A stretch of 64,000 bases of DNA, from NCBI RefSeq assembly GCF_035594765.1, contig NW_026943819.1:14930703-14994702 (forward strand). Direction: 5' to 3'. Within the stretch, counting starts at the first letter, position 1. Every line of letters begins with the position of its first letter. This DNA comes from Anolis carolinensis. Taxonomy: Eukaryota. Position numbers and translations under genes: made by a program. The notes below the pieces were generated by a model. The model was not told the origin of the DNA and searched no databases. It saw nothing but the letters and a program-made list of their open reading frames with translations. Shown here in pieces: positions 1 through 25,060 of this stretch.

Positions 1-13488
<13,488 letters not shown>

Positions 13489-16409
13489 AGCCACCCATTG
13501 CAGAACACAGTCACCAAGCTCTGCACACCATATGCTCTCAACAACATGTCACATCTACACACACACAAACACATAACCCCACCATCTCCTAACATCCCAG
13601 ACACTCATCCAGAGAGACACCTTGCCTCATATAATGGCAATGTCCAATGAGTCCTGCCAGTGAGACAGAACTGTTTGAAGGCAGCCCAAGGAACTTTGGT
13701 GATCATGTCATCATCCCATTTTGACCCAAATGGCCTCCAGCCTACCAAAAGGCTCCCATGGACCCTACGGCCGTTGGCTTTCGCCGCCTTGGAAATTCCT
13801 TTCTATGCAGGAAATAGAATGGTGGTGGTTCTGGAGAAGTAGTTGTGGGGAACATAATTCTTGAAGAATTAAATTTTTTATTCAGTTGCTCAGACCATGC
13901 CACAGTGCTCTCTCAGCCATAAAGCAGCTGTATTGTTTCTACTGATCCCGCCCCAAAGACATCCTGGAAACTCACAGTCAGGAAAGGAAGATGTGGAGCC
14001 AAATAGCTTCCGGTTATTTTAATAAAATTAACGGCTTTCCCCCATTTCCTCCTGCACATTAGTCTGGATCTTCATATTGGAGTGAGCAGCAACACTCTGA
14101 ACATGTCAAGCTACTGGATTAAAGTGGCTGCTCTTGTTTTTTGTTTATTTTTTTGTTTCTGGTGGTGTGTGTGTATATATATACACATACACACACCAAT
14201 GTTTTTAAAATCAGAAAGTTCCAAGTAAAGACAGAGGCTGACAGTATCAGAAAGAAATATATGGAGCTTGCTTGCTCTTGCATGTCACTGGACCTGCAGG
14301 CTTATGTCTGTCCAAACACCTTGTTTCAGAGATGGACATAGCAACTGCTCTCTTTTGGTTTTTGGTGGTTGGTTATTTTTTTGTTGTTTGATGGCTTCCA
14401 GCATCATGGATGTGCCAGAACAAACCCAAATCAGGATCAGAAAACCTGTCCTTTTCAGGATCAAGAAGCCCTCCCTCCTCCAAAGGTTTTTTTTCCTGTC
14501 AAAAGCCTTCCCAAGAGCTTGACCTGGATAACTCCCCCATCTCCATTTCTGCCCTTTGGATCTATAGCAGTAAAGAAGTGCGTCTCTGGCAAAAGAACCA
14601 CAGTTCCTTTGACACAACTTGACATACTGTCTCCATCAGTTGCTGGATCCGTCTACAAGCACAACGTTGTAAATAATGTAGGAACACTAAAGAAAACATA
14701 AGTGAAGGTGGGGAGGAAAAGGAGGGGAAGGGAAGAAAAATATAGCAAGCGCATCACTCTGTTGTAGTCTCCAGGGCTTCAAATCCTTGGGACAAAAGTC
14801 CTCTGTATAAATGTGCATATGCTTCTTAGATTGTAATATAGACCATTCCATGTGGGGCTGTGAGCACCATCCAGAGACCCGATGCATTTAGCCATAGCCA
14901 GGGACTGTCCCTTGCATTTTGACATTTGTGTGTCCCACCAAAATAGGATCTGGATGCTGAGAATTAATGCATTTTAATCCAAGCCCCAGAAATTCAGTGC
15001 AACAAGTCAGTCCAAACCACTGTGTGTGTGTTGACCTGCCATTCCCTCCCAATCCCTCTCAGGAACCTACTTCAGTTGAGGTTAGGTTTGAGATGATAAC
15101 AAAGAAATCCCAAAGTCTGTGAAGAATCAGACCCACTGCTCATGGCCAGGTTTCCTGAGGCAGGGAGTCCCTGTGTCCAAGTGCTGACAGCTCTGTTGAG
15201 TTTTGTGTATCTTGTTTCATTATTATATTAAAGGATTCTTTTTGGTGGGCCTCACCAAATAGCTTGCATAGTGTTGGTTTTGACATGCTTGCAATATCAA
15301 AGACAAATGTGTGGAACAAGGAGGGAATGCCGCTTCTCCCCCCCCCCTTTCTTGCTTCAGGGGTGTGCCATTAAGTTCTGAAAGAACTTGTCATGTTGTA
15401 AACCCAAGGCCTAAATTCCTAAAAACCAGTAGGGACTCATAGGGGTCAGGAATGATTGGCAATGTGATTTTAATTAGGAAACTGCCCTGACCTTCTGCAC
15501 AATCTATCAGTTGTCTGCATCTCACCAAAAAAAGGCGGGGAGAGCTGGGAGCTCTAAAAGTGTGGAGTTTGTTGAATTTCTTGTTCTAAAATTCCCAGAA
15601 TCCCACAGACTCAAGTAACTACCATTGAACCTATCCCAAGGTATTACACAGTTTATGATGGGTCAGGCTCCTTGTGATATATAGGGGAAAGGAAGTCTCA
15701 AAACAGGAAGAACTGAAAAAGTTGCATTAGACTTCTCCAACCATCTTGAGAAGAATCACCATTCGGTACCAGGTGGCCTGATTTACTTGCAGAAGGTCCC
15801 AGGTTAATTCCTGTGTGTGTGCCTTCAGGTAAAAGACCATATAGCAAATGAAAAAAGCTAATTTATTTTATTTATTTCCAGTATTTATATTCCGCCCTTC
15901 TCACCCTGAAGGGGACTCAGGATGGATCACATTACAATTAATTGATTAATTGGTTAATCAAGAAAAAACACAAAGCTGAATTTTGACATGACTAAATATG
16001 ACTGCCAAAAAGGAAATTGAGAGGAACTAAAAGATCAAAGGAGTGTGGCATGGGAAGGATGAAGAATGAAAATCTGGTGGATTCTCACATGGCAAGGGAA
16101 ACCTGAAAGGCCACTGTACATGGGGACATTTGAGCAAGATTACTCTTGCAGGGGTAGCAAATGAACCAAAAACAGGTGGGATGGGAGTTCCTGGTGAGAT
16201 TTTGAAGCTCCGTGGAGTATGAGTTTGCAGGAAGGCTTAGATTATGAAATCCTTAATGGCTGAAATGTCCCCACAGACACTGTGACTATTTTCCACAGCA
16301 ATGTGTGTGTGAAAGAGACAGGGAGGGAGGGAAGGGAATTGGCCCGCATAAGCATATTGAGCACCCAGAACCTGGAAATGTTTTGTGTCATTCTGAGAAA
16401 GGGTTCAGG

Positions 16410-16695
16410 CAGGCCTGTAGCCAGGATTTTGTTTCGGGTGGGGCTGGGATTTTGGGGGGTTTTTTTTTGGGGGGGGGGCTGAGTCTGAGCAAGAGAGGGT
16501 CTACCCTAGCAAACCTTTTGTATCGTTATCCCAATACCCCCATGCATATGGGATATATTGAGCATGGTGATCAGATCATGATATGAATAAACATAACAGT
16601 TTAAATAATAAATGTAAGGCCTTCTCACGAAACACCCTGAGAATTTGGGGAGGGGGCTGAAGCCCCTCAAGCCCCCTCCCCTGGCTCCATGCCTG
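16410..16695. mobile_element. hAT-type MITE
   Basis: TIR caggcctgtagccagg / cctggctccatgcctg; exact 8-bp TSD ggttcagg. Confidence 0.85.
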
Positions 16696-19600
16696 GGTTC
16701 AGGGATCAAAGATATTGATGTTTTCTGAAACAACATTGCACTACGAAAGGAAGATCATACGAGTGGTCATCCTAAAAAGTGTAAGTGTGTAATAAATGCT
16801 TAGAGTGATAACAAATAGCTAGGCAGATAGATTTCCCCAAGTGAATCAAAGCTGATTTCCAGCTTATTCATCAACAATGACTGGAAAACGCTTTATTATT
16901 ATCAGCATTAAGTATACTTGCAGATTCTGCAAACCACCTAGCCACTTTAATGGCATTAGCAGTTCACTACCAGTGTTTCCCCAGAGATGTTTAATCTTCA
17001 CCATTTGTCTGCCTTCTTATTCAACCATATATGAATAATGATTGAGAGCTCTGAGAAATCATTTAGGTGATGGCTCAGCTCAGATCTCTATATATCCTTA
17101 AGCAGATGTAGCCACTAGGAATCTCATCCCTATTGTATTTGCTAGAATATCGTCACCATTGTCTTATTTCCCTATAACCTGTGTAATCTGTGAGCCTTCA
17201 GCGCAGGCAATACTAAGCATTCAGCAACCATGGGATGGGATGGAATGATTTACCAAGCCCAGAGTGCTATGCCATCCCATGACAGCACATGAAAGGATTC
17301 TTACCTCAGCATCAGTGATGGAACTGAAATGTCAATGTTGAGATTGTTCACAGTCTCAAACCAAACATTCAACAGTAGTTCAGTCTTCGGGGTTTTTTTT
17401 AATTATTCCCTTGGAGGACATCTATGCACATTTATCGTCTGCAGATCAGTCTGTACAGCAATTGAAGCCAACACCTCTGTGCTAGAGAGAAGACTGCATT
17501 ACAGATAGATTGACTCGATCAAGGAAGTGATGGCCTTAAAAAGATGTTACCGTTCAAAACACATTTTTATAAATTATTGTCCAGGCATCCTATCTTGAAA
17601 GGCACATATCAGGTAAGTACAGCACTTCTGCATGCTGGGCATAATTGTGATTGAATTTGGCCAGTGCATATGGGAATTCCATTCAGTTTAAGTGTTTCAA
17701 TAAGAACTATCCACAAATTTGTACATATCTTTAGAAATAGAATACAAAGAATTAGGATTTTAAAACAAATGAAGATGGGGAAACTTTTCTGCACATCGCA
17801 AACCACCAGCAAGCAGAAAGGTAAAAAGAGTCTGAAACAAACATCATGCTGTGCTGTGTCTTCTTTTCTTTTTAAATTGGTGCTGAAAGCTCCATTTCAA
17901 TTAATTAAGAAAAATCTGTGGAGGGCAGAATGAAGTTGGCATTCTCTCATGGCCCTCTTGGAAAAGTGTTCACTGGGGAGCAGCTAACAAAAATCTCAGC
18001 CCAGCAGTCCAGTTGTCTTTGAGTCAGTAACATCATAAAATCTTGGCATCTGTTAGGTGGATTAAATCTGAAACTCACACATCACATACTAGGGCTGCTT
18101 GGCGCGCCTGACTGCAGTAGGCCACTATTCCCCCGAGGAACAGATGGCTACAATTCCACTTAAAGTGGCAGGTATAGGACTCATGCTTCTGCTTGGGGAA
18201 GTGGAGGGGTGGCCTCGAGGGAACAGGTGGGGGACATATGCTGTGCTCACTTTAGACAAGCCTAATTCCTAAGGATTATGTTTGCCTTCCTCTGAAAGCA
18301 CAGCTGTAGCTCTTGAGGCACATTAAGACATCCTAGGAGCTGCCTTCGTCTCCCTGGTCCTTGTCTGCTGCACTTAATCAAGACGGAGAGCACTGGCTTC
18401 AAATCAAACTACACTACATAATGATCCCCACAGATAGCCATTTTGATTCTAAGGTGAAGAATAAGGGAACAAATAACTTCCACAGTTATTGTTAACTGCC
18501 ACAAGTCTGACTTCGACTTAATCTAGTCATCTGGAATGCGGTGTCTCTCGTTTCCTGCTACCAAGCACATTATTGTCTTTTTACATAAGCTTTAGGCCAA
18601 CTCCCCCTTTTTCCTCTTAAGATTTCTTCCTGCAAGGAATATCATTCACTGCTTCAGCCTGTCTCAAAGAGCAGACCCATTTGTCACCAAGAAAAGAAAA
18701 TGGCCCTATTCCCAGTTCCTTGTGCAGTCTCTGGCCACTTCCGTTTTTAAGAAGCCTTTCCACTCTGCAGCTTGTGCTGTAGCAACACCTTAGTGTTATC
18801 TAAGGACAGCCACGCTAAAACAGTGAGGCACTGCCTGGTAGCTTCTATCACTCAGCCCAGAGCATGTAGCATTGCTGAGAAAAGCTTTTAGTGTTACTCA
18901 AACATTTGCCACTCTGACTAATTAAAAATAAGACTTGACCAAATCAGTGAATATTCCTTTCTCCCAGACATAGAGATTACTTTGTGGCAGGATAATGCCA
19001 TTATGCTTGCACCACAGTGCCACAGCTCTCCAGATTCATTGCTAGGAGGGCAGAGTTCTTAGCCAATTTCATACTATATCACTTTTGTTAACATCCCACA
19101 TGATTATTGCATTGGGAATGCAGCAACCAAATGTAACACCCCAACACACAAAAGCAGAATTGGTCCATGACTCTCAGTGCTGCTTAAAAGACAGCGAGCC
19201 CTATCTTTTCTAGGCCAGTATGTGTAGTGGTGTCAATACTGATATGGGACGTGGAAGATCAAGATTCAAGTCAACCTAGTAGGTGACTTCTGACCAGTCT
19301 GTTTCAGCTTGACCTAACCCATAGGGTTGTTGTGAAGCTGAAGTGGGTGATCTCACTGAAGGAAAGGCAAGACATGAACGCAAAAGCTAAATGGTCCTTT
19401 CGAAAAGGGTTCCCGTTAACGACTATCAGGGTACTATGTTGCATTTTACTGCAGGGAGAACTCCTCTATCCTTACACTTGCACACTCACATCATCTCCAG
19501 CAGAGATGCCCACATCTTTTACTGAAAAAATAAAACAAGAAAAGAAAATGTAAATGCATATTGCACTGGGAAATGCATAATGCAGGCTGTGGCAGGCTGT

Positions 19601-22600
19601 ATCTTGGCATATTACCAGAAACCTGAGAAGCTAGGGCATATGCTATCCTTGAATCGTCTGTATATCAGTGGCTAAGACATGGGAATAACTATAAGAAATA
19701 ATGCAAAAGAGCACACAGCTGCTAGTTTTGCACAAACACCACTTCCAGTTTTAACACCTGGCAAACTAGGGCTATTTTTTTATCTTCAAAACTTGTTTTA
19801 TGCCTAATGGTCATTGGAAAAACCAAATAGTTGTGGCCATCACAGCTTTGATGGCGATCAATGTTTTCTGTTGATTATATGCCATTTTATATTCCATAGT
19901 AGTTCAAGGGAATTATTCATAATGGCATGTGACTATAATAAAAATCTCAGATGGGCTCATGTGACCACAAGATAATTTGATACCTCTGGGGAATAGATGA
20001 ATTTGAGGCCTAGAAGAGGGATCATGCAGCCTCTGGAATGGCCTTTTAAGTGCCCTTTAATTCTTCATGCAGTTCTCTTTAAAGTATATAAAGATATACG
20101 GGGAAAATGAGCGGGTGACAACAATGTAAGTGTGCTTCCATGTCAGATGCATCCTAGAATAATTGTTATCATGAAGTAAGATTAATCTTGGGCAGCAGAC
20201 GGCTTGTCGGAATAGGCAGCCAATTGCTCAGTGTTGTATTTCCATTGCCAGAGAACAAGGAAAGCTAATAACGGGTTTTTCTGCAAATAGGTAATTTGGC
20301 TGGTTCCTCGTGCTATGTGGGGAGAGAGGCAAGAATGACCAAAAACCTTGCACTGTTTGAAATTAATTTATTGTTTATGAAATGAATGGTACATGTGAGG
20401 ATGAAATCAAGTTTCTGAGGCAAATATCAAATATGTCAGACTTATTGTTGTAGTGATTCTTATCACTCTAAAGAGCATTTAACTCTGCAGTGTGTTAACT
20501 ATTTACAGTTACTATTTCATTCATCACTAGGCATCTTCTTCTGTTCCTTTGGAAGTCAAGCACTTTGAGTTTGGAGCTTGGAGGACACCATTTGCGCCTC
20601 CACTTGGGGCTTGGGACAGCCGTTGATGTTTTTAAAGAAAACAAAGCATTCTGAAACTGACTTTGTACAATGGACAGAATGATGTCTTATTAACCATTGT
20701 CAAGAAACCAGTCTAGAAACAGGTGAGCGTCTAGAAAATCTGGGGTGCATCATTTCTACCCATTCTCTCCGTTGCATTTTAAAGTCCTTACTCTTCTTAT
20801 TCATGTCATGTTCTCAGTGCATTTTAACTGCATTGGAATTGTCAGCCTTTGATTCTTTATAGAAAGAGGAGAATGGGAATAGAAATAGTGAGTCCCTTGA
20901 AAGAATTGTGTATTAAATAAATGTAATAAAAACAAGTGCCATGACGTACATATATACAAGAAGACATATTTAAAATAATCAGTTTAATGTATAGTTAATA
21001 AATACTACAATGATAATTTTAACAACAACAATCCAGATACAAAGAAAAGTATCTTATAAAAATGAATTTTAAAACATAACTGGAAGTCTTGTCCCATTTC
21101 TAAATTAGGAATAATTCACTTTAGGCAAGAACTGTATATCTTTCCGCTGCAGTCCCCAAATACAATTTTCGCACAGCTGCCATAGATGACAGGCTGCTTC
21201 TACTCACAATTTCCCTTATTTTTGTGGAGGTAAACATGTACAGCTACAGAATGCTGTCACTTTGTATCAGAGAATCGAAAAAATGGGCTATTTTTAGAAG
21301 CTCACTTCAGCATAGGAGCTTTGCAAGGTACCCTGATGCTGCACAAAAAGCAATAGAAGGGGTATTGCCTCATTTCTTCTTAGCTGAGTCTGATAACAAC
21401 AAACATGGAAATCTCTGACTCATGATTGCATATCCCCACAAGGTTATTTAATTAAATCCATTGAAGAATTTAGTAATTAACTTCCTCTTCCATTAAAAAA
21501 CAACATAAAAGTTTTTTCAAGAACACATTTAATTATTTTATTGGTTTCATATTTTTATTAGGATGTTATTTTGTATGGTGTGTTTTAATGTTTTAGTTAT
21601 TGTATTTAAGGTTAGTTATCTTGATCATTAATTCGACTAGAAAGCCAGGATAGGCATACAGTGAATTAAAGATATTTACCCAAAGTAAAATAAGCATATT
21701 GAAACTGTTTATGAATCTGACATTCACCTGGAATGTTTTGGAAATTCATATATTTCATACAAAAAACAAAGGGAAAAGGCAGGGTCTTTACTGCAACAAT
21801 GCAGTGTTATTACTTGAGTTATGGGAACATTATCCCATACAGGAAAGTAGGACTCATGCTTCTGCTCTCACTTTGGCCAAAGCAGCCATCTCCCCTTCCC
21901 TGCAAAACACTAGGTCACCTATATATAAAACTGCTGCCTGTGCTGAAAAAACGCCTAAATCAGCAAAGCAGAAAAGAGAAAAAAAATCTAAAGATGATCA
22001 AACTGCTAGAACAGCAGCTAAAGAGCAACAAAGTCAAAGGGAGGAACAAAAGGTGCAACATACAATAAGCACAATTAATGAGCTATTCTTCCATCTGAGT
22101 TCAGCGAAATACTATTTGTACTTAATTCTGGTGTTTGCACTTCTTGTAAAAATCATCCAGTTCAAAGAAGATAATATGGATTATCTGCTTTGATAATCTG
22201 GATTATATGACAGTGTAGAAGGGGCCTAAATTACTGGTAAGAGCCAAGAAATCTTGATTTGAAGAAGTGGTTCCCGGATATTGTTGAATTTCAGTTTCCA
22301 ATAGTATACTTGCTTTGCTTTCAAAAATGGATCCCTCTGCTTCCATCAGAAGTAGCAATACACAAACACTTCTAAAACCTGGTCTGAAAAACCACCCAAG
22401 TTAAGAACAAGACAGGTTCTATAGGTTTGTTCTTAGGCTGAATTTGTTTGTAAGTTGGAACAAATATGCATATACATTTATAAATACATACATACATGCA
22501 TGCATATAAAAGCTCTGGATGACATAGGGAAAGGTTAATACCTCTCTGGTGTTCACTTTGCTGTCTGTGTCCCAGTTCAGAAGATTTCACCTCACTTTCT

Positions 22601-24154
22601 GTCCCTATGATAATTGGATTTTGTAAGATTTGTCTTGTTGAGGAAATAAGGATTGGTGAAAATGCTTCAGTGTAGACTCCTTTTTCCCATTATAACTCTT
22701 TCGGGAGTGAATTTCCTTTCTTAGGGATAGATTTCCTTCACTTCCTGTTGTCTCACCCTCTTTACTGGGAGTCGTTTGTAAATCGGATGTTTGTAACCCA
22801 GGGACTGCCTGTATGTGTGTGTGTATACACATGCACGCACATACATTTGCAGCCACAAAAAGCCACAGCTGGAGGGAAGAAAACATACATTTTCCTGGTA
22901 CTAGGTACCAAAGTACACCAACGAATATTGGCTATAAGATGTTTTCACTTTCTCAAACAGCTTTTAGGGATTAGTATGCCCTATACGCTTCGGGTCCAAC
23001 CTATCTTCGAGACCGCATCTCCTTTTATAAACCGTTGTGAGCTTTAAGATCTGCCAGGGATCCCAACTCCATCTCAAATGTGGTCGGTGGGGACGAGAGA
23101 GAAAGCCTTCTCAGTAATGGCCCTCCGGCTTTGGAATGCCCTCCTGAAGATCAGGTAGCCCCCTCCCTTCAGGCTTTCTGGACACAACTGAAAACATGCT
23201 TTTTTGATCAAGCTTTTGGACCATGATTACCATCTTACTCACTAAACCTGAAGCCTTGGTGATTGATTCCGTTTGTACTGTATGGACTAAGTCAGTACAC
23301 AGCCTGTTATACCTGCAGCTTTGAAACATTGTTGGATTTTAATCAGTAGGGTTGTATGTTATTTTATGCAATTATTGTTTTGTGAATTTGTTATTGTTTT
23401 GTTATGTATTTTATTGTATTTTGTGTGTTGTGCACTATTGTGTGCTTTTTGTGAGCCACTCTGAGTCCCTTTGTGGAGATAGTGGTGGGGTACAAATAAA
23501 GTTTTTATTATTATTATTACTATTATTATAAGGGGAGGCAGTATATCTGAAGGTCTCAAGTTCACTAATACTGAAGTGACCGGTTTGAAATCCAAATGCA
23601 ACATCACAGATAGCAGAAGGGTGAATGTATCCTGCAACACAAGGGCCAGTATAAATTCAGTTGCAGTGACAGGTCTCCTTTCTTCAGGAGCAAATGCACC
23701 TGACACTCCAGTCAAAAAATGTGTGAGATATGTCTACCTCTGTGCCAAACATACCACCCAAAGATGCTGTGCCCATGCAATCCAAGACAGCAGTCATGAA
23801 CAAGCAATGGATGAACAAGGAATGAATGAGCTTTGGAGGCATAATCCAAACAGGTAAAAATGCATCCACCCTAATCGCAGATCACATCCCCAGGGCAGAT
23901 GTTGAGAAGGCAGATACTGCCAGGTGATATGAATCAGTTTTGGGCCTGGGCTGGAAAGGCCTGCACTCAAACCAACATTGAGTCATGAATCCTCCATTGG
24001 GGAACCTTTCACCAGCCTCAGCGCACCTAACATACCTCACCAGACTGTTGTGAAGACAAAAAAAGATGGGAAAGTGGTACACTTCCCTGAATTGTTGATA
24101 TAAATTTATATCGTAATCTGAAACATCTGGAAAATCAAAGAGCCTTTAATATCT

Positions 24155-24260
24155 GATCTCACAACCTCTGAGGATGCCTGCCATAGATGTGGGCGAAACG
24201 TCAGGAGAGAATGCTTCTGGAATATGGCCATACAGCCCGGAAAAATTGCCGCAACCCAGG
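24155..24260 (+). mobile_element. Penelope-like element terminal-repeat fragment with hammerhead ribozyme motif
   Basis: CTGAGGA-T-GCCTGC-catagat-GTGGGC-GAAACGTC; five copies in window. Confidence 0.75.
24165..24205 (+). ncRNA. Hammerhead ribozyme motif (type I, minimal palindromic stem III)
   Basis: Core CUGAGGA 24168-24174, stem II 24176-24181/24189-24194, GAAA 24195-24198, GUC cleavage triplet ending 24202, stem I cct/agg. Confidence 0.75.
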
Positions 24261-24804
24261 CTACATGTAGAATCACAGAGTTGGAAGAGACCTTATGGCC
24301 CAACCTGTGCAACCTCCTGCCAAGAAGCAGGAAATCGCATATATAAAATACATATAGTAAAATGTATTTTAATATATGCATTTTATTGAATGTGTTTTAG
24401 GATGGTGATGTATTTTGACTGTAAATAGAGAGGCGGGTAACAAGTACATTATTAGTATTGTTATTAATGCTGTTCTCCTGTGGTCACATAATCAAGAGTC
24501 GGAAGAGACCTCAACAGCTTACACGTATGTGCTTTGAAGTGGTGCAGGGCCTTTCCGCGGCCTAACATCCGGGCCACTCCTTTTGCGTTCTCTGAGGGCA
24601 CTGGGATCCCACGTCTCCTTACTTAGGAAGCGCTGTAGCCGAAGACAAGAGGCCGAGGCCCTTTTCCTGCCGCCATTCGGCCTCCCTCCTTCTCAAGTGA
24701 AAAGCCAGCGCAGATCTCTCGCGGCTTCCCGCCTCTTGCGGAGAGACACCGCCCTTTTTCCTCACAGAGGCGCGGGGCTCGAAGAAGCCACCCTCGGCCC
24801 CGAT

Positions 24805-24980
24805 AAGAACCTCTGATTGGCTGGAGCCCCTTTCATTCTTCTCTGGGGCTTCTGATTGGCTGGAGGCTCTTTCACTCGCTGCACGTCCCTCGCCGCTATT
24901 GGCAAGCGTGGGCGGAGGCGGGGACTCGCAACCGCTGGCTCTATATAAGGTGCGGCGAGCGCCCTCTTGTCTTTCTCCCT
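24805..24980 (+). promoter_or_regulatory. PPIA CpG-island promoter
   Basis: Three inverted CCAAT boxes (ctgattggc x2, ctattggc), GC box gggcgg near 24910, TATATAA 24942-24948, pyrimidine initiator near 24971; YY1-like gccatttt/gccattt in intron 1. Confidence 0.8.
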
Positions 24981-25060
24981 TCCGCAGGGCTGGTCGGTGT
25001 CGGGCTTTGTGTGTCTCCCTTCCATCTCTTTCTGAGTCTTAACTTGAAGGCATTCCCATC

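Noticed and set aside
21699-22193. 164-aa and 111-aa Lys/Gln-rich ORFs with a TATA-like motif
   Set aside because: A-rich compositional bias, no recognisable domain, weak splice signals.
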